Below, piece after piece: positions 20,956 through 30,410 of a stretch of DNA of 64,000 nucleotides. The stretch is from a virus (lineage: Duplodnaviria; Caudoviricetes). The notes under the pieces are model-generated. The model saw only the letters and a list, made by a program, of their open reading frames with translations, made no database searches and was not told the DNA's origin. The position numbers were made by a program, and so were the translations under genes. The stretch lies in IMG/VR virus record IMGVR_UViG_3300021426_000086, positions 11,366-75,365 of that record; one strand, written 5' to 3'. How positions within the stretch are numbered: the first letter of the stretch is position 1; every line of letters begins with the position of its first letter.

Positions 20956-22218
20956 TTAAACATTGACCAGCATTGGCATAACCAGGAGAGTTTTGCCTTG
21001 CAGTTTCTGACTCTCGTTGCGCAGCAGGATAGGGTGGCTCTGGTCGCTAAAGTACAGGCATACGCTATCTTCATCCAGCATATCGAGCATGTCGATAACG
21101 TTGCTGAGCTTCATACCAATCTTAAAGCCTTGGGGCAGGAAGGCGTCGGTCTCCTGTACGGCTACGCGCTCTGAGCCTTGGCGACCTTCTACGTCGTTGT
21201 TGGCTTCTACGATAAACGATTGACCGTCGCTACGCATAATGGCCAGGTTGGTAGTGCCATCACTGCTGAGCTGCACGCGGAGCAGAGCCATCTTCAGACT
21301 CTCACGACTGATCTGCACCTTGTAAGGATTGTCTTTTGGAATCACGCTGTCGTAGTTGGGATAGTTGCCCTCAATCTGAGCCATATTCAGCGTAGCACCG
21401 CCCATCTGCAGCATCAGTCGGCGGGTGTCGGCGGTTACGGTAAGCGTGCCGCTGCCACCAAAGGCGGCTATGAGCGATGCCATGGCACTCTTAGGTACCA
21501 GCAGTTTGGCGCTGCCATCGGCTGCAAAGCCCACGTGCTTCATGTAGCCTGGGCACTCTATCACCTGCTTATACAGGCGGTGGCCATCGCTGGCGGCTAT
21601 CACCACGCTATCTACCGAGCAATCCATGCACACAGCACCCATTACGGGGCGCAACTCGTCAGCAGCCACACAGGCGCGGCTCTGGATAACGGGACCAAGC
21701 AGATCACTGGCACCAATCTGGAAGCGGCATACAGCATCGGTGCCCTCGCGTGGAGCCTCGGGGGTTACGATGGCGGGTGCATCGGGAAACTCCAGTGCAT
21801 CCTGATAAGGCACATCCATCGCGCCATCCTGATAGTCGATAGTGCAGGTGCGCACATCGCCCTTCTGTTTTAGGATTACAGTGCAGCGGCGACTGGCGGG
21901 CAGCAGGCTGAATGCCTCGCGCAGTGGGGCATAGGGCAGGCACACATCAGCAAAGGGCTCCTTGGGGTCCTCTTTCAACAGGTGTACGCAGGGCTGGGTG
22001 TCGGCGTTGCCGTCGGCATCGGTAGTGGTGGTGGCGCAATCCACCGTGAGCCACAATTCACTGTTACTGCCTGTAAGGCGGAACACTTCGGCCTGACGAT
22101 CGAATGATAACTTAACGCACTGCAGTATAGGCAATGGTGTTTTTGGGCTAATAGCACCTTTGAGCTGGTTTAGCACATGACGGAAGCCAGCAACGTCGAT
22201 TGTAATTTCTGTTTGCAT
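20956..22218 (-). CDS. dnaN: DNA polymerase III beta sliding clamp homolog
   Basis: PILQCV, DELRPVMGAV, AASDGHRL, GNYPNYDSVIP and C-terminal LVMPM motifs; 420 aa. Confidence 0.85.
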   Translation of the reverse strand: MQTEITIDVAGFRHVLNQLKGAISPKTPLPILQCVKLSFDRQAEVFRLTGSNSELWLTVDCATTTTDADGNADTQPCVHLLKEDPKEPFADVCLPYAPLREAFSLLPASRRCTVILKQKGDVRTCTIDYQDGAMDVPYQDALEFPDAPAIVTPEAPREGTDAVCRFQIGASDLLGPVIQSRACVAADELRPVMGAVCMDCSVDSVVIAASDGHRLYKQVIECPGYMKHVGFAADGSAKLLVPKSAMASLIAAFGGSGTLTVTADTRRLMLQMGGATLNMAQIEGNYPNYDSVIPKDNPYKVQISRESLKMALLRVQLSSDGTTNLAIMRSDGQSFIVEANNDVEGRQGSERVAVQETDAFLPQGFKIGMKLSNVIDMLDMLDEDSVCLYFSDQSHPILLRNESQKLQGKTLLVMPMLVNV

Positions 22219-22288
22219 AATAATTTAAAAATTTATAGATTTAACGTATATATATGCGTACTATATTAATATATATTAGGGAATGAGC

Positions 22289-22918
22289 TTAGTGGCGGAA
22301 CGATTCGCCCTCGATAAAAAACACGCGACGGGTGATGGCGGTAAGTCTGTCGAACGTTCGCAGCTGATAGCGGTCGGTAAGTTCCTGTTTGCTCAGGTTG
22401 GTTGATACCAGCAGCAGCTTCTGCTTGCGCTCGCACTCATCTACCAACTCTGAAAAATAGCAGTGGTGCTCGCCAAACACGTTGGCATCGGGCTCGGTAC
22501 CCACATCGTCCAGGGCAATAATCTTGTTCTCGCGGCGTATCTTATCGTAGCGGGCGTGGGCCTTGCCTTTACCATCCACATCAAACTCGTTAAGCTCAAG
22601 CGCTGTGTAGCAGTTCACATACAGGCGGCAGTACTGATTAAGTATCTTAGGCAACACGTGGTGTATCAGCACCGTTTTGCCGCGACCTGGGCGACCAATC
22701 AGCATCAGGCCCTTGCCTTGATTGTTGGTAAGCCACTGGGCCACCTCCTCGTACTCGTCAATCCACATCGCCTCGTCGCCCAGATACTCGGCCAAGCCCT
22801 CCATCAGCCGCTCGCGGGCATCGGGCATCTGAATATATACACGCTCGTCCTGTCGGCGCACAGCATTAACGGCCTTGCGCCCCAGCATCTTGGCGATAGC
22901 TATAGGTTGCTTTACCAT
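22289..22918 (-). CDS. DnaC/IstB-like AAA+ ATPase (helicase loader)
   Basis: Walker A GRPGRGKT and Walker B IALDDVG; follows the initiator gene. Confidence 0.8.
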   Translation of the reverse strand: MVKQPIAIAKMLGRKAVNAVRRQDERVYIQMPDARERLMEGLAEYLGDEAMWIDEYEEVAQWLTNNQGKGLMLIGRPGRGKTVLIHHVLPKILNQYCRLYVNCYTALELNEFDVDGKGKAHARYDKIRRENKIIALDDVGTEPDANVFGEHHCYFSELVDECERKQKLLLVSTNLSKQELTDRYQLRTFDRLTAITRRVFFIEGESFRH

Positions 22919-23886
22919 TTCTCCTTGTACTTATCGGGTTTAACATCATGCAGCGGCACTGCCTGCCCATGGCGCGGAGCTGACTTAGAGCCTACGGGGC
23001 GGTCGCCACGCTCCTTGCGATAGTTCTCAAAGGTGCGGCAGCGTGCCCGCCAGTCGCGTATAGGTTTACCATCCTTCAGCGTCCAGCCGCTTTGGCAGCA
23101 GGCATCGTAGAATCCTTCGGCTGTGACATATACAAAGGGCTTGCCCTGCGCGGCGCGTTCGTCGAAGTAGGCTTGTATCTCTTCTAATGTAGGCGGACTG
23201 TCGGCCACCGTAGGTCGTTTTTTGCCGTTTAGCGTTTCTTTTTTATTTTTCTTTTCTTTCTTTTCATTATCTACTATATTATTATTCTCACTCTCACTCT
23301 CAGCGCGTGATGCGCGTGCGTGAGAAACAGGTGCTTTTTCGTGTACTTTTTTTGATACTTTTTTATGCACTTTTTTTGTACCTTTATCAGCACTTAAAAA
23401 ATCAGTGTTTTTATCAGCCGTTTTCAGGGCGGCATCGTCGCCTCTGAGCGCCATCGAACCGCTGTGCGGATCGTCGAGTATCGTGCCCTCGGCATCAAGG
23501 GTAAAACCGTTGTCGGCGAACATGCGCGGCTGGATGAGCGCATCGCCCACCACGGTGATAATACCTCTATTATATAGCTCCTGCAGACTCTCCAGAATGT
23601 CGCGCTCGCGCCAGGGCAAATCGTTGACCGAAAGCATCTTGGCAAAATACTGCAAACGGCTGTATTTATCGGGCTCGGCGAGGCATCGGGTGGTCTTGCT
23701 TCGGCTCCAGTTGGCATGCTCTTCCCAGTCGCTCAATCGGTACGCACCAGGCGTGGGCGGTTCGTTGAGTCGGCACAGCAGGAAGAGGTAAACGCCAGCA
23801 GCCTCCCGACTGAGCGCACGGCATCGCGGCGACGACATGATATCGCGGGTAAATAGCGGTAGATATGGATTGCGTTTACGTCCCAT
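22912..23886 (-). CDS. phage replication initiator (lambda O-like arrangement)
   Basis: N-terminal PYLPLFTRD...GVYLFLLC wHTH-type region, basic linker, C-terminal PPTLEEI...FY...GW...DW domain. Confidence 0.65.
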   Translation of the reverse strand: MGRKRNPYLPLFTRDIMSSPRCRALSREAAGVYLFLLCRLNEPPTPGAYRLSDWEEHANWSRSKTTRCLAEPDKYSRLQYFAKMLSVNDLPWRERDILESLQELYNRGIITVVGDALIQPRMFADNGFTLDAEGTILDDPHSGSMALRGDDAALKTADKNTDFLSADKGTKKVHKKVSKKVHEKAPVSHARASRAESESENNNIVDNEKKEKKNKKETLNGKKRPTVADSPPTLEEIQAYFDERAAQGKPFVYVTAEGFYDACCQSGWTLKDGKPIRDWRARCRTFENYRKERGDRPVGSKSAPRHGQAVPLHDVKPDKYKEKW

Positions 23887-23938
23887 AAGCGGGGGTTGTT
23901 TATATGTTATTTATATGCTAATTTGTGCCGAATTTGAT

Positions 23939-24140
23939 TGCAATCTGATGCGATAAACTGCAAAAAGTGATGCGATTTTGCAACTACTTATGCAACTGAT
24001 TATACACCGAAACTGCACCTGTTTTGCAACTGATTTTGCACCAATTTAGGTGCATTTTCTGCGTTAATTCGGTTGCAAAATTGACGCCATTTGCAACAGG
24101 TTTTGCAACAAAAGTGGCGTTAATTTGCAACTATCGTGCA
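23939..24140. repeat. array of 13 TGCA-core motifs, candidate origin or operator
   Basis: TGCA at 23939, 23959, 23979, 23991, 24014, 24025, 24037, 24051, 24074, 24092, 24104, 24126, 24137. Confidence 0.7.
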
Positions 24141-24395
24141 TCATTTCAGCGCTTCTTCCACCATTGTATATATATCCTGCACGGTGGCGCCATCGGTCAT
24201 CTGGTGCATCTGATAGTCGGAAATCGAGATATTGAACTGGTGCTCAATCTCCATAGTGATATCAATGGCATCCAGACTGTCGGCACCAAAATCCTCGGCC
24301 AGCTTAGCCTCTGGCTTCAGCTCGTCGCGGTTGTCGATACAAAGTTTGTCAATAAGGATGTCGTTAATCTTGTTAATCATTTCTTGCTTTTCCAT
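24141..24395 (-). CDS. acpP: acyl carrier protein
   Basis: 84 aa, acidic, with the GADSLD phosphopantetheine attachment motif. Confidence 0.85.
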   Translation of the reverse strand: MEKQEMINKINDILIDKLCIDNRDELKPEAKLAEDFGADSLDAIDITMEIEHQFNISISDYQMHQMTDGATVQDIYTMVEEALK

Positions 24396-24414
24396 AATTA
24401 TTGCATTTATTAGT

Positions 24415-25329
24415 TTATAATTCTATAGTCTGGGTAATATGTAGAATACCTTTCCACTCTCGCCTGCGCAGCTCGGCAATCAGTTCCTCCTGAGTGCAGT
24501 TGCGTAATACACCTTCTACGTGATTTACGATTTCTTCCTCAAATTCCTGCTGGGCCTCAATCACTGCAGTTTGCAAATCAGGCTGTGGGCGTTCTGGACC
24601 ATCAAACACTTTGCGCATCAGCTCTTTTTTATCTTTCGCCAAAACGCTTTCGTACTTTGGTTTGTCTATAGACTTGGTTTTTGCTTTTCTGCCGCCGTTA
24701 TGCGTGCGCTTATCGGCGGGCTTAAAGGTTTCTTCGTCGCCGGGACGGCACCAGTAGTAGCCACCCGATATGCCGCAGCGACTGATGGCACGCTGCACGT
24801 TCTTAATGCCCAGCCCATTTTGTGCTGCATTGCAGCTCTTCCATACCTTGATGGGCTTCAGTGTGTCAGCATCAAGCTGCACCACGCTCTTTGGCGGTGT
24901 ACCAGTGCGGCGGGCCAGTTCGCCCTCGCGCTTAGCCTTTGCCGCCGGCTTAACCTTAACCAGCGGTTCTTTTATTTCTGTAGTGGCTTTCTCGGCCTCT
25001 ATCTTCTCAATCGTTTGCACCATCTTCGAGGGCTTCATGCCTTCAAAGTTCACAATGTCGGTGTGGGTAAAGGTGGGCGCAGGGTTCAAGTCGGGCTCCT
25101 GCTGGTGCGCATAGTTCAGCACATGCACCATCACACTGGCTGCCTGCACCTTATCACCTTTGTCGGCATTTGCCTGCTGCAGCGCACGGCCCAATACTGG
25201 CAGTGTGTAGTACTCGCAAGGCTTGTTGGTAGGTATCAGCCACCAAACCTTTCTAAACTTCTGTCGGGTGTTAATGTAGAGCGTTTCGTTTTCCTGCCCC
25301 CACCTCTGGTAAGCATCATCCAATTTCAT
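24415..25329 (-). CDS. NUMOD1-domain DNA-binding protein
   Basis: KSVVQLD...IKVWKSCNAAQNGLG...I...C...GGYYW motif in the middle of the protein. Confidence 0.55.
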   Translation of the reverse strand: MKLDDAYQRWGQENETLYINTRQKFRKVWWLIPTNKPCEYYTLPVLGRALQQANADKGDKVQAASVMVHVLNYAHQQEPDLNPAPTFTHTDIVNFEGMKPSKMVQTIEKIEAEKATTEIKEPLVKVKPAAKAKREGELARRTGTPPKSVVQLDADTLKPIKVWKSCNAAQNGLGIKNVQRAISRCGISGGYYWCRPGDEETFKPADKRTHNGGRKAKTKSIDKPKYESVLAKDKKELMRKVFDGPERPQPDLQTAVIEAQQEFEEEIVNHVEGVLRNCTQEELIAELRRREWKGILHITQTIEL

Positions 25330-25348
25330 ATATATAGCGGTTTTTAAG

Positions 25349-25738
25349 TTATAGGTTCAGTAGCGTGTCTATCTTAAAATACTTCATCTTGTGGCCGCGA
25401 CCTTTTATGTTAGCCTCCAGCATCAGGCGCAGCTGCGATAGATCGAGAAACTGCGCGTTAAAGTCCTCAAGTATCACTCGCAGTCGCCACATCATGTGGT
25501 GCTTGCCGCGTGTAAAGCTGGTGCGCACATAGCCCAGACGGAATCCCTTGCATACGTAGCCGCCCTTGGCTATCTGTGCAAACACATCATTTAATAAAGG
25601 TATAGTGGCGCCCACAAAGCTGAATGCAGGCTGGCGTGGATTGTCCTCGTCCTGCTCCAGGGCATAACCTATATTCAGGTGGTTAAGCCAGTCGCCCTTG
25701 CGTTTTATTTTAGGTGCTCGTTTTTTAATCATTGTCAT
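25349..25738 (-). CDS. hypothetical protein
   Basis: 129-aa ORF. Confidence 0.65.
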   Translation of the reverse strand: MTMIKKRAPKIKRKGDWLNHLNIGYALEQDEDNPRQPAFSFVGATIPLLNDVFAQIAKGGYVCKGFRLGYVRTSFTRGKHHMMWRLRVILEDFNAQFLDLSQLRLMLEANIKGRGHKMKYFKIDTLLNL

Positions 25739-25760
25739 TGTAATTGTCGTTAGGTAAATT

Positions 25761-26045
25761 TTAAGATTGTTTTTTCTTGCAGATAAGTTCTTTTATTCGT
25801 CCGTCTTTCACCATCAGCATTATCTCGTGCAGCGGGTAAACCCACGACGTCTGGTGTTTTTTGCCTTCGTCGTCGGTCCACTCGGCACGGGTGCGATTAA
25901 AGCAGGAGCCGTTGCGTTTCAGCCACTCGGGCGTTAGCACCTCAATGTGCTGGCAGAGTGTTTCTGCCGTTACATATCGTTCGTTAAGTTCGGTCATCTG
26001 CTGACGGAACTCCCTTACTATCTCCTGCCTTAATACGCGATCCAT
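25761..26045 (-). CDS. putative excisionase-like DNA-binding protein
   Basis: 94 aa; YVTAETLCQH...WLKR resembles a Xis/MerR-type wHTH. Confidence 0.35.
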   Translation of the reverse strand: MDRVLRQEIVREFRQQMTELNERYVTAETLCQHIEVLTPEWLKRNGSCFNRTRAEWTDDEGKKHQTSWVYPLHEIMLMVKDGRIKELICKKKQS

Positions 26046-26099
26046 AGATACAAAAGTAGTTTAACTGATTATATATTGTAAATGGAAAAAAAAGAAGTG

Positions 26100-26315
26100 T
26101 CAGCTCAGTCGGCGATAGGCAATGCTGCGCTCGGCGTCGCCACCGTTGCCCAGGTCAACATACTCGTAGTCGTGGCCAAACTTGTGGCGCAGATGGCTCA
26201 CTGCCACACGTGCCGCCTCGCGTGCCTTGCGGTCGGGGAGCGTAAACACGCCCAGTTCGCCAATATCTAAATTCAGCCAGTCCTTGCGGCCAACTCGTTG
26301 TTTTGTAGCAATCAT
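26100..26315 (-). CDS. small basic hypothetical protein
   Basis: 71 aa, first gene after the promoter at 26411. Confidence 0.55.
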   Translation of the reverse strand: MIATKQRVGRKDWLNLDIGELGVFTLPDRKAREAARVAVSHLRHKFGHDYEYVDLGNGGDAERSIAYRRLS

Positions 26316-26410
26316 ATTGTTTTATTGTTTACTTGTAATATTCTAAGTTTCAGTGTGTATTAATAGGTGATGTTGTTATTAGTTTACACCAAAATTTACA
26401 TTTGCAGGTG

Positions 26411-26447
26411 CAAATATAGCAAAATAAAATTATACTTGTGCTAATTC
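26411..26447 (-). promoter_or_regulatory. promoter TATATTTG with upstream GAATTAGCACAA motif
   Basis: The same architecture recurs at 39352-39387. Confidence 0.7.
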
Positions 26448-26497
26448 GTGCTAAAAATTAATCCTTTTTAATACAAACTTTACGTAAACCCGAAGAT

Positions 26498-26522
26498 AAA
26501 AAAACGGGGCCGCTGCCCCGTT
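26498..26522 (-). terminator. intrinsic terminator
   Basis: AACGGGG-ccgctg-CCCCGTT stem with an A-run on the plus strand (U-run on minus). Confidence 0.7.
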
Positions 26523-26572
26523 CCAAAACACACACAAAGCAAACCGCTGCCTTCGCAGCAAAACGTAACTAA

Positions 26573-26815
26573 TTACTTTATCTCTTTATGATCATAATCG
26601 TCCCACTTGCGGCCATCCTTGGTCACGATGTTATCATCATCATCGCGCGTCCAGCACTCCTCGCAGTAGTGACGACCGCCTTCGCACTCTATCCACCCGC
26701 AATCAGGTAGAATATTCGTAGTGAGCGCTTCCTTATCGTCCCACCATGTTTCTTCATCGAGCAGCGCCCCGCAATGGTCGCACTCTACGTTATGAAATGT
26801 TCTGTCGATAATCAT
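26573..26815 (-). CDS. small Cys-rich (zinc-binding) hypothetical protein
   Basis: CDHC and CEEC pairs. Confidence 0.6.
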   Translation of the reverse strand: MIIDRTFHNVECDHCGALLDEETWWDDKEALTTNILPDCGWIECEGGRHYCEECWTRDDDDNIVTKDGRKWDDYDHKEIK

Positions 26816-26828
26816 AATTCACTCCTCC

Positions 26829-27737
26829 TTATTTTTTGGGGTATCGTTCTTTGTATCTCTCATCAACTTGCTTGGTAAACTCCCGATAGTTGAAATCAGG
26901 TTTAAGTTTTTTCACCAGATCTATAAACATGTGACGCTCGATAGTGTCGAAATTGATGTCGTGCTCTAAGTCGCTATATCTCTGCTTATAGTAATCTGCA
27001 TTCTTTTCGGCTTGCTCTACGCTCCGCTCGGCTTCTTTAAGTTGGTCGGTCAACTCCAGATATGAATGCTCCTGGCCTTTGCGCTGCAATTCATCCTGCA
27101 GGCGCTGTCGGTACATCAGCGAGTACTTTACCTGCTCGCGATAGTTATGCTTCCACGTCTGCATGTTGTAGTAGAACTTCTCGCCCAGGTTCAGCTCGGC
27201 ATCGGTGTACTTAGTCTTATGCAACTGCGGTGCCTTACGCACTATTTTGATGTCGTGATAATACTTGTCTGGATCGTCGCGATGGTATTTAGGACCCTTA
27301 CTGGTGGTAATGTAAATCAGTCCGGCATAAGGTGGCACCTCGTCGGGTTCAAGCATACCCTCTGGCACAGCGTAGTAAAAGAAGTTTGGCAGTTTGGTGT
27401 TCTCGGGATAGATATTCAGCTGCTCCTTAGTAATGCCAGGGTAGCGTTTCTGCTTTTGCTTCAGCAGGTTATCAAACAAATCTAACTGCACAGACTCTGC
27501 CTCCTTTGGCATCTTCGAGCTCAGCAGCAGGTGCTTCTCGGCCTTATGCTTAAAGTCGTTCTTATAGTCAGCACGACTAATCTTAATCTCAAACTCATAG
27601 ATATAGCCAGATTTGGTCCATAGTAGCTTGTCAGATTCCCAACGGAACACAAACAGCCCGTCCACCTTATATTTAGGCGATGCCATAAACTTATTCAGCA
27701 CCCGCTGTATCTTTTGCTCGGTTAGTGTCTTATCCAT
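26829..27737 (-). CDS. PD-(D/E)XK / MmcB-like nuclease-fold protein
   Basis: ESDKL...YEFEIKISRADYKNDFK motif. Confidence 0.55.
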   Translation of the reverse strand: MDKTLTEQKIQRVLNKFMASPKYKVDGLFVFRWESDKLLWTKSGYIYEFEIKISRADYKNDFKHKAEKHLLLSSKMPKEAESVQLDLFDNLLKQKQKRYPGITKEQLNIYPENTKLPNFFYYAVPEGMLEPDEVPPYAGLIYITTSKGPKYHRDDPDKYYHDIKIVRKAPQLHKTKYTDAELNLGEKFYYNMQTWKHNYREQVKYSLMYRQRLQDELQRKGQEHSYLELTDQLKEAERSVEQAEKNADYYKQRYSDLEHDINFDTIERHMFIDLVKKLKPDFNYREFTKQVDERYKERYPKK

Positions 27738-27740
27738 CGC

Positions 27741-28025
27741 TCAGCCCTCCTTTATTTCTTTCCATTCTACTGTGCGGTAGTAGTGCCACACAAAACCATC
27801 TATCTGTATGGTGCCGATGTAGATAAGTGCGGGCAGATTATCCATCACATAGCCCGTGCCAAAGCAGTAGATGTTGAGCTTCACCAGCGGCATATCGGTG
27901 TTGCACTCGTACCAGAAGGTTGGCACGCCCTGCTGCGCACCCAGATGCAGTATATTAAAGTCGCTCGGCAGTTGTACCGTCTGTATATCTTCTATCTCCA
28001 GTTTCTGTTTAAAAATCGTGTGCAT
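27741..28025 (-). CDS. hypothetical phage protein
   Basis: 94-aa ORF in operon. Confidence 0.65.
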   Translation of the reverse strand: MHTIFKQKLEIEDIQTVQLPSDFNILHLGAQQGVPTFWYECNTDMPLVKLNIYCFGTGYVMDNLPALIYIGTIQIDGFVWHYYRTVEWKEIKEG

Positions 28026-28044
28026 AGTTATTCCTCTTTATTAC

Positions 28045-28440
28045 TTAATATGATTCTCCATAAGATAGCGGGCAGTAGGCAAATTGCTGCGGGTTCTTAT
28101 CAACAAACAGCGAGCCGCGCGTAAGGTCTTGTAGTGCCATTACCTTGCCCATCTGCCATAGATAAATCTTAGTGCCTGCAGGGGCATAGTCCAGTATAAA
28201 CTGTGGCGAAACGCACAGCTGGGGCGAATAGTGCTCGGCCAGTGCCTTGGTCATAACCACCTCTTTGATGGCATCCACGCGGCACCAGCACTTTACGTCG
28301 TCGGTACCCTTCTCAACCACAAAAAAGCCATCCTCGCCCACCTTTATATTCTTTGGCAGACTCTTGCGCATCTCGTACCGCTTCTCGCCAGATATAATCT
28401 TTGCCAGTAGCTGCTTAGGCAGTGTTATCAGTATATTCAT
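28045..28440 (-). CDS. ASCH/PUA-like domain protein
   Basis: N-terminal ILITLP...KIISGEKRYEMRK signature. Confidence 0.65.
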   Translation of the reverse strand: MNILITLPKQLLAKIISGEKRYEMRKSLPKNIKVGEDGFFVVEKGTDDVKCWCRVDAIKEVVMTKALAEHYSPQLCVSPQFILDYAPAGTKIYLWQMGKVMALQDLTRGSLFVDKNPQQFAYCPLSYGESY

Positions 28441-28443
28441 AAG

Positions 28444-28830
28444 TCAGCCCTCCTTATGTTTTGTTACGCCGCAGGTGTCGGCAATCAGGCGGATCTTCTC
28501 GCAGAAAAAGTCCACTTGGTCGGCCAACTCATGTAGTGCCCAGTTGTACTTCGACTGCTCCACGTTGCGGTCAATCATCTCAAACAGCCCAGTGCGCTGC
28601 TCGTCTGTAACACACTTCTCGTTTACCAGATAGTTGGTAATATCCTTAAATGTGCCAGCAAGCAAGTTGATGGCCTCGCGCAGGTAGTCTGGTGTCTTGC
28701 TCATACACCAATCGCGTCGGGTAGTCTGCTGGCAGTCCTCCACACAAGTAGGCTGCCTTTTCTCCTCGCCAGGGAACGTATCAAAAATAAATATCCCCGA
28801 CAAATCACGTCGTTTCAAATCTTCTGCCAT
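28444..28830 (-). CDS. hypothetical protein
   Basis: 128-aa ORF in operon. Confidence 0.65.
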   Translation of the reverse strand: MAEDLKRRDLSGIFIFDTFPGEEKRQPTCVEDCQQTTRRDWCMSKTPDYLREAINLLAGTFKDITNYLVNEKCVTDEQRTGLFEMIDRNVEQSKYNWALHELADQVDFFCEKIRLIADTCGVTKHKEG

Positions 28831-28832
28831 AG

Positions 28833-29462
28833 TTATTTCTCCTTATTATTTAATATATTTGCCAGGCGTTGTTGCTGATTTTTGTCGAGCACCAATTCAT
28901 TGCCGGCGTATAAATCTTTGTTGTGCCCAGCAGGGTTGCTGGGTGCATCGTCGTAAGTCAGCATGCCTGGGTGCTGGTCGAGGTACTGCTGATGCAGTTG
29001 GTGCTGTATAAAGCGGCGATGCTGGCGGGCCATCATGCGGCGTACTATTCTGGTGAGCCGCTGCACCCACTTGGTGCGGGGATAGCTGGCAGGATGGATG
29101 CGCACACGCATGTCGTACTCGATGGTGAAGTTCACAGCGTCGCGATCTGATAGTGCATCGGTTTTAAACTGCGGGTCCATCACATCAAAGTCAGCGTGCC
29201 GTGCGGCCTTCTTTAGTTTGCGAGGCAGGCGTGGCTTCTTCCATATCGCCATCTGGCGAATCTTACGCAGGCGGCGCTTGGAAATCTTTACCTTAAACGA
29301 AAGCACGGGTGCCTCTTTGGGGAATGGTAGCTCGGGTATCGTTATCTTCTCGCGCAGATTCAGGACATCCATCTCGTTAGGCTTATCGCTCGGCAGCACC
29401 AGCCCCTTGCCCTCGGCAATCTTCTGCCCCGTTTTCTTATCGAATATCATAAAGTTACTCAT
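28833..29462 (-). CDS. hypothetical protein
   Basis: 209-aa ORF in operon. Confidence 0.6.
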   Translation of the reverse strand: MSNFMIFDKKTGQKIAEGKGLVLPSDKPNEMDVLNLREKITIPELPFPKEAPVLSFKVKISKRRLRKIRQMAIWKKPRLPRKLKKAARHADFDVMDPQFKTDALSDRDAVNFTIEYDMRVRIHPASYPRTKWVQRLTRIVRRMMARQHRRFIQHQLHQQYLDQHPGMLTYDDAPSNPAGHNKDLYAGNELVLDKNQQQRLANILNNKEK

Positions 29463-29474
29463 CGGTCAGTCCTC

Positions 29475-29903
29475 CTACTTATCATATCGCTCCACCCACT
29501 TGTGTTCCTTCAGGTCGTAGATGCCGACGTTCCAGTTGGCAATGATGGTGGAAGGGATGTCGAAATACTTATTGATGAACTCGCGCAACTCCTTCTGCGC
29601 CTCTTCTTTCTTACTGTAGGTCACGTCCTGGTCATCATCAATGTTGTGGTCGCTGTAGAACCTATCTGTCATCTGGTCGGCTATATCGTCCAGCGATGGC
29701 GCAAAGTCGGCAGGCTCGTATGTCTCAGCCGTGCCAACGTAGATGCAACCAGTGTAGTCGCAATCCTCGTCGAACGGGTTTCCGTCCTTTTCGTCCCATG
29801 ACGCTTGTGCATACTCAATCACTTCTTCGATTGTGTCGAATAGGTCAGACTCGCAGTGCGTATCATCCGTACCGAAGGCATACTTTAATTTTTTCTCTGT
29901 CAT
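29475..29903 (-). CDS. acidic hypothetical protein
   Basis: 142-aa ORF. Confidence 0.65.
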   Translation of the reverse strand: MTEKKLKYAFGTDDTHCESDLFDTIEEVIEYAQASWDEKDGNPFDEDCDYTGCIYVGTAETYEPADFAPSLDDIADQMTDRFYSDHNIDDDQDVTYSKKEEAQKELREFINKYFDIPSTIIANWNVGIYDLKEHKWVERYDK

Positions 29904-29960
29904 AGTTCTATTTCTTTTTCGATATAATTATCTTATTTTTTAAAGTAAAGTGTGAATAGG

Positions 29961-30407
29961 TTAGAGGTCTTTCACCTTGTCGTAGCAGATGCCGATGTCT
30001 ATGCAACAGCATCGTAGTATATGCTGGAACAGATGCAAGTAGTCGGCAAAACCCTCAAAGTATTGGAAATTGTCGGTCTGCTTACTATGTCCGTGACGCA
30101 CACACACCCACCAGTGGTCAAGTTCCGTGTGGTCAACGCAGATGTCAATGCGCTTCTCGCTGTCCTCGTATATCCACTCGTTAGGTGATACGCTTGAAGC
30201 AAATCCAATAGCCATCAGCAACCTTTCCGTTATCCTCATAGGGGCAATGCCTCGCATGGTGTGAGATTCGAGTCCGTTGCCCTTGCCCTGATAGATGGTG
30301 ATGTCTTGCTGTCCGAATGAATAAGTAATGCCGCTTATTCTGACTATCTCAACGGGCTTTCCATTGCGTAGTACGATGTCGCCTACCATTAATTCGTCTG
30401 ATTTCAT
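29961..30407 (-). CDS. hypothetical phage protein
   Basis: 148 aa; MKSDELMVGD-type start common in phage small genes. Confidence 0.65.
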   Translation of the reverse strand: MKSDELMVGDIVLRNGKPVEIVRISGITYSFGQQDITIYQGKGNGLESHTMRGIAPMRITERLLMAIGFASSVSPNEWIYEDSEKRIDICVDHTELDHWWVCVRHGHSKQTDNFQYFEGFADYLHLFQHILRCCCIDIGICYDKVKDL

Positions 30408-30410
30408 ACG

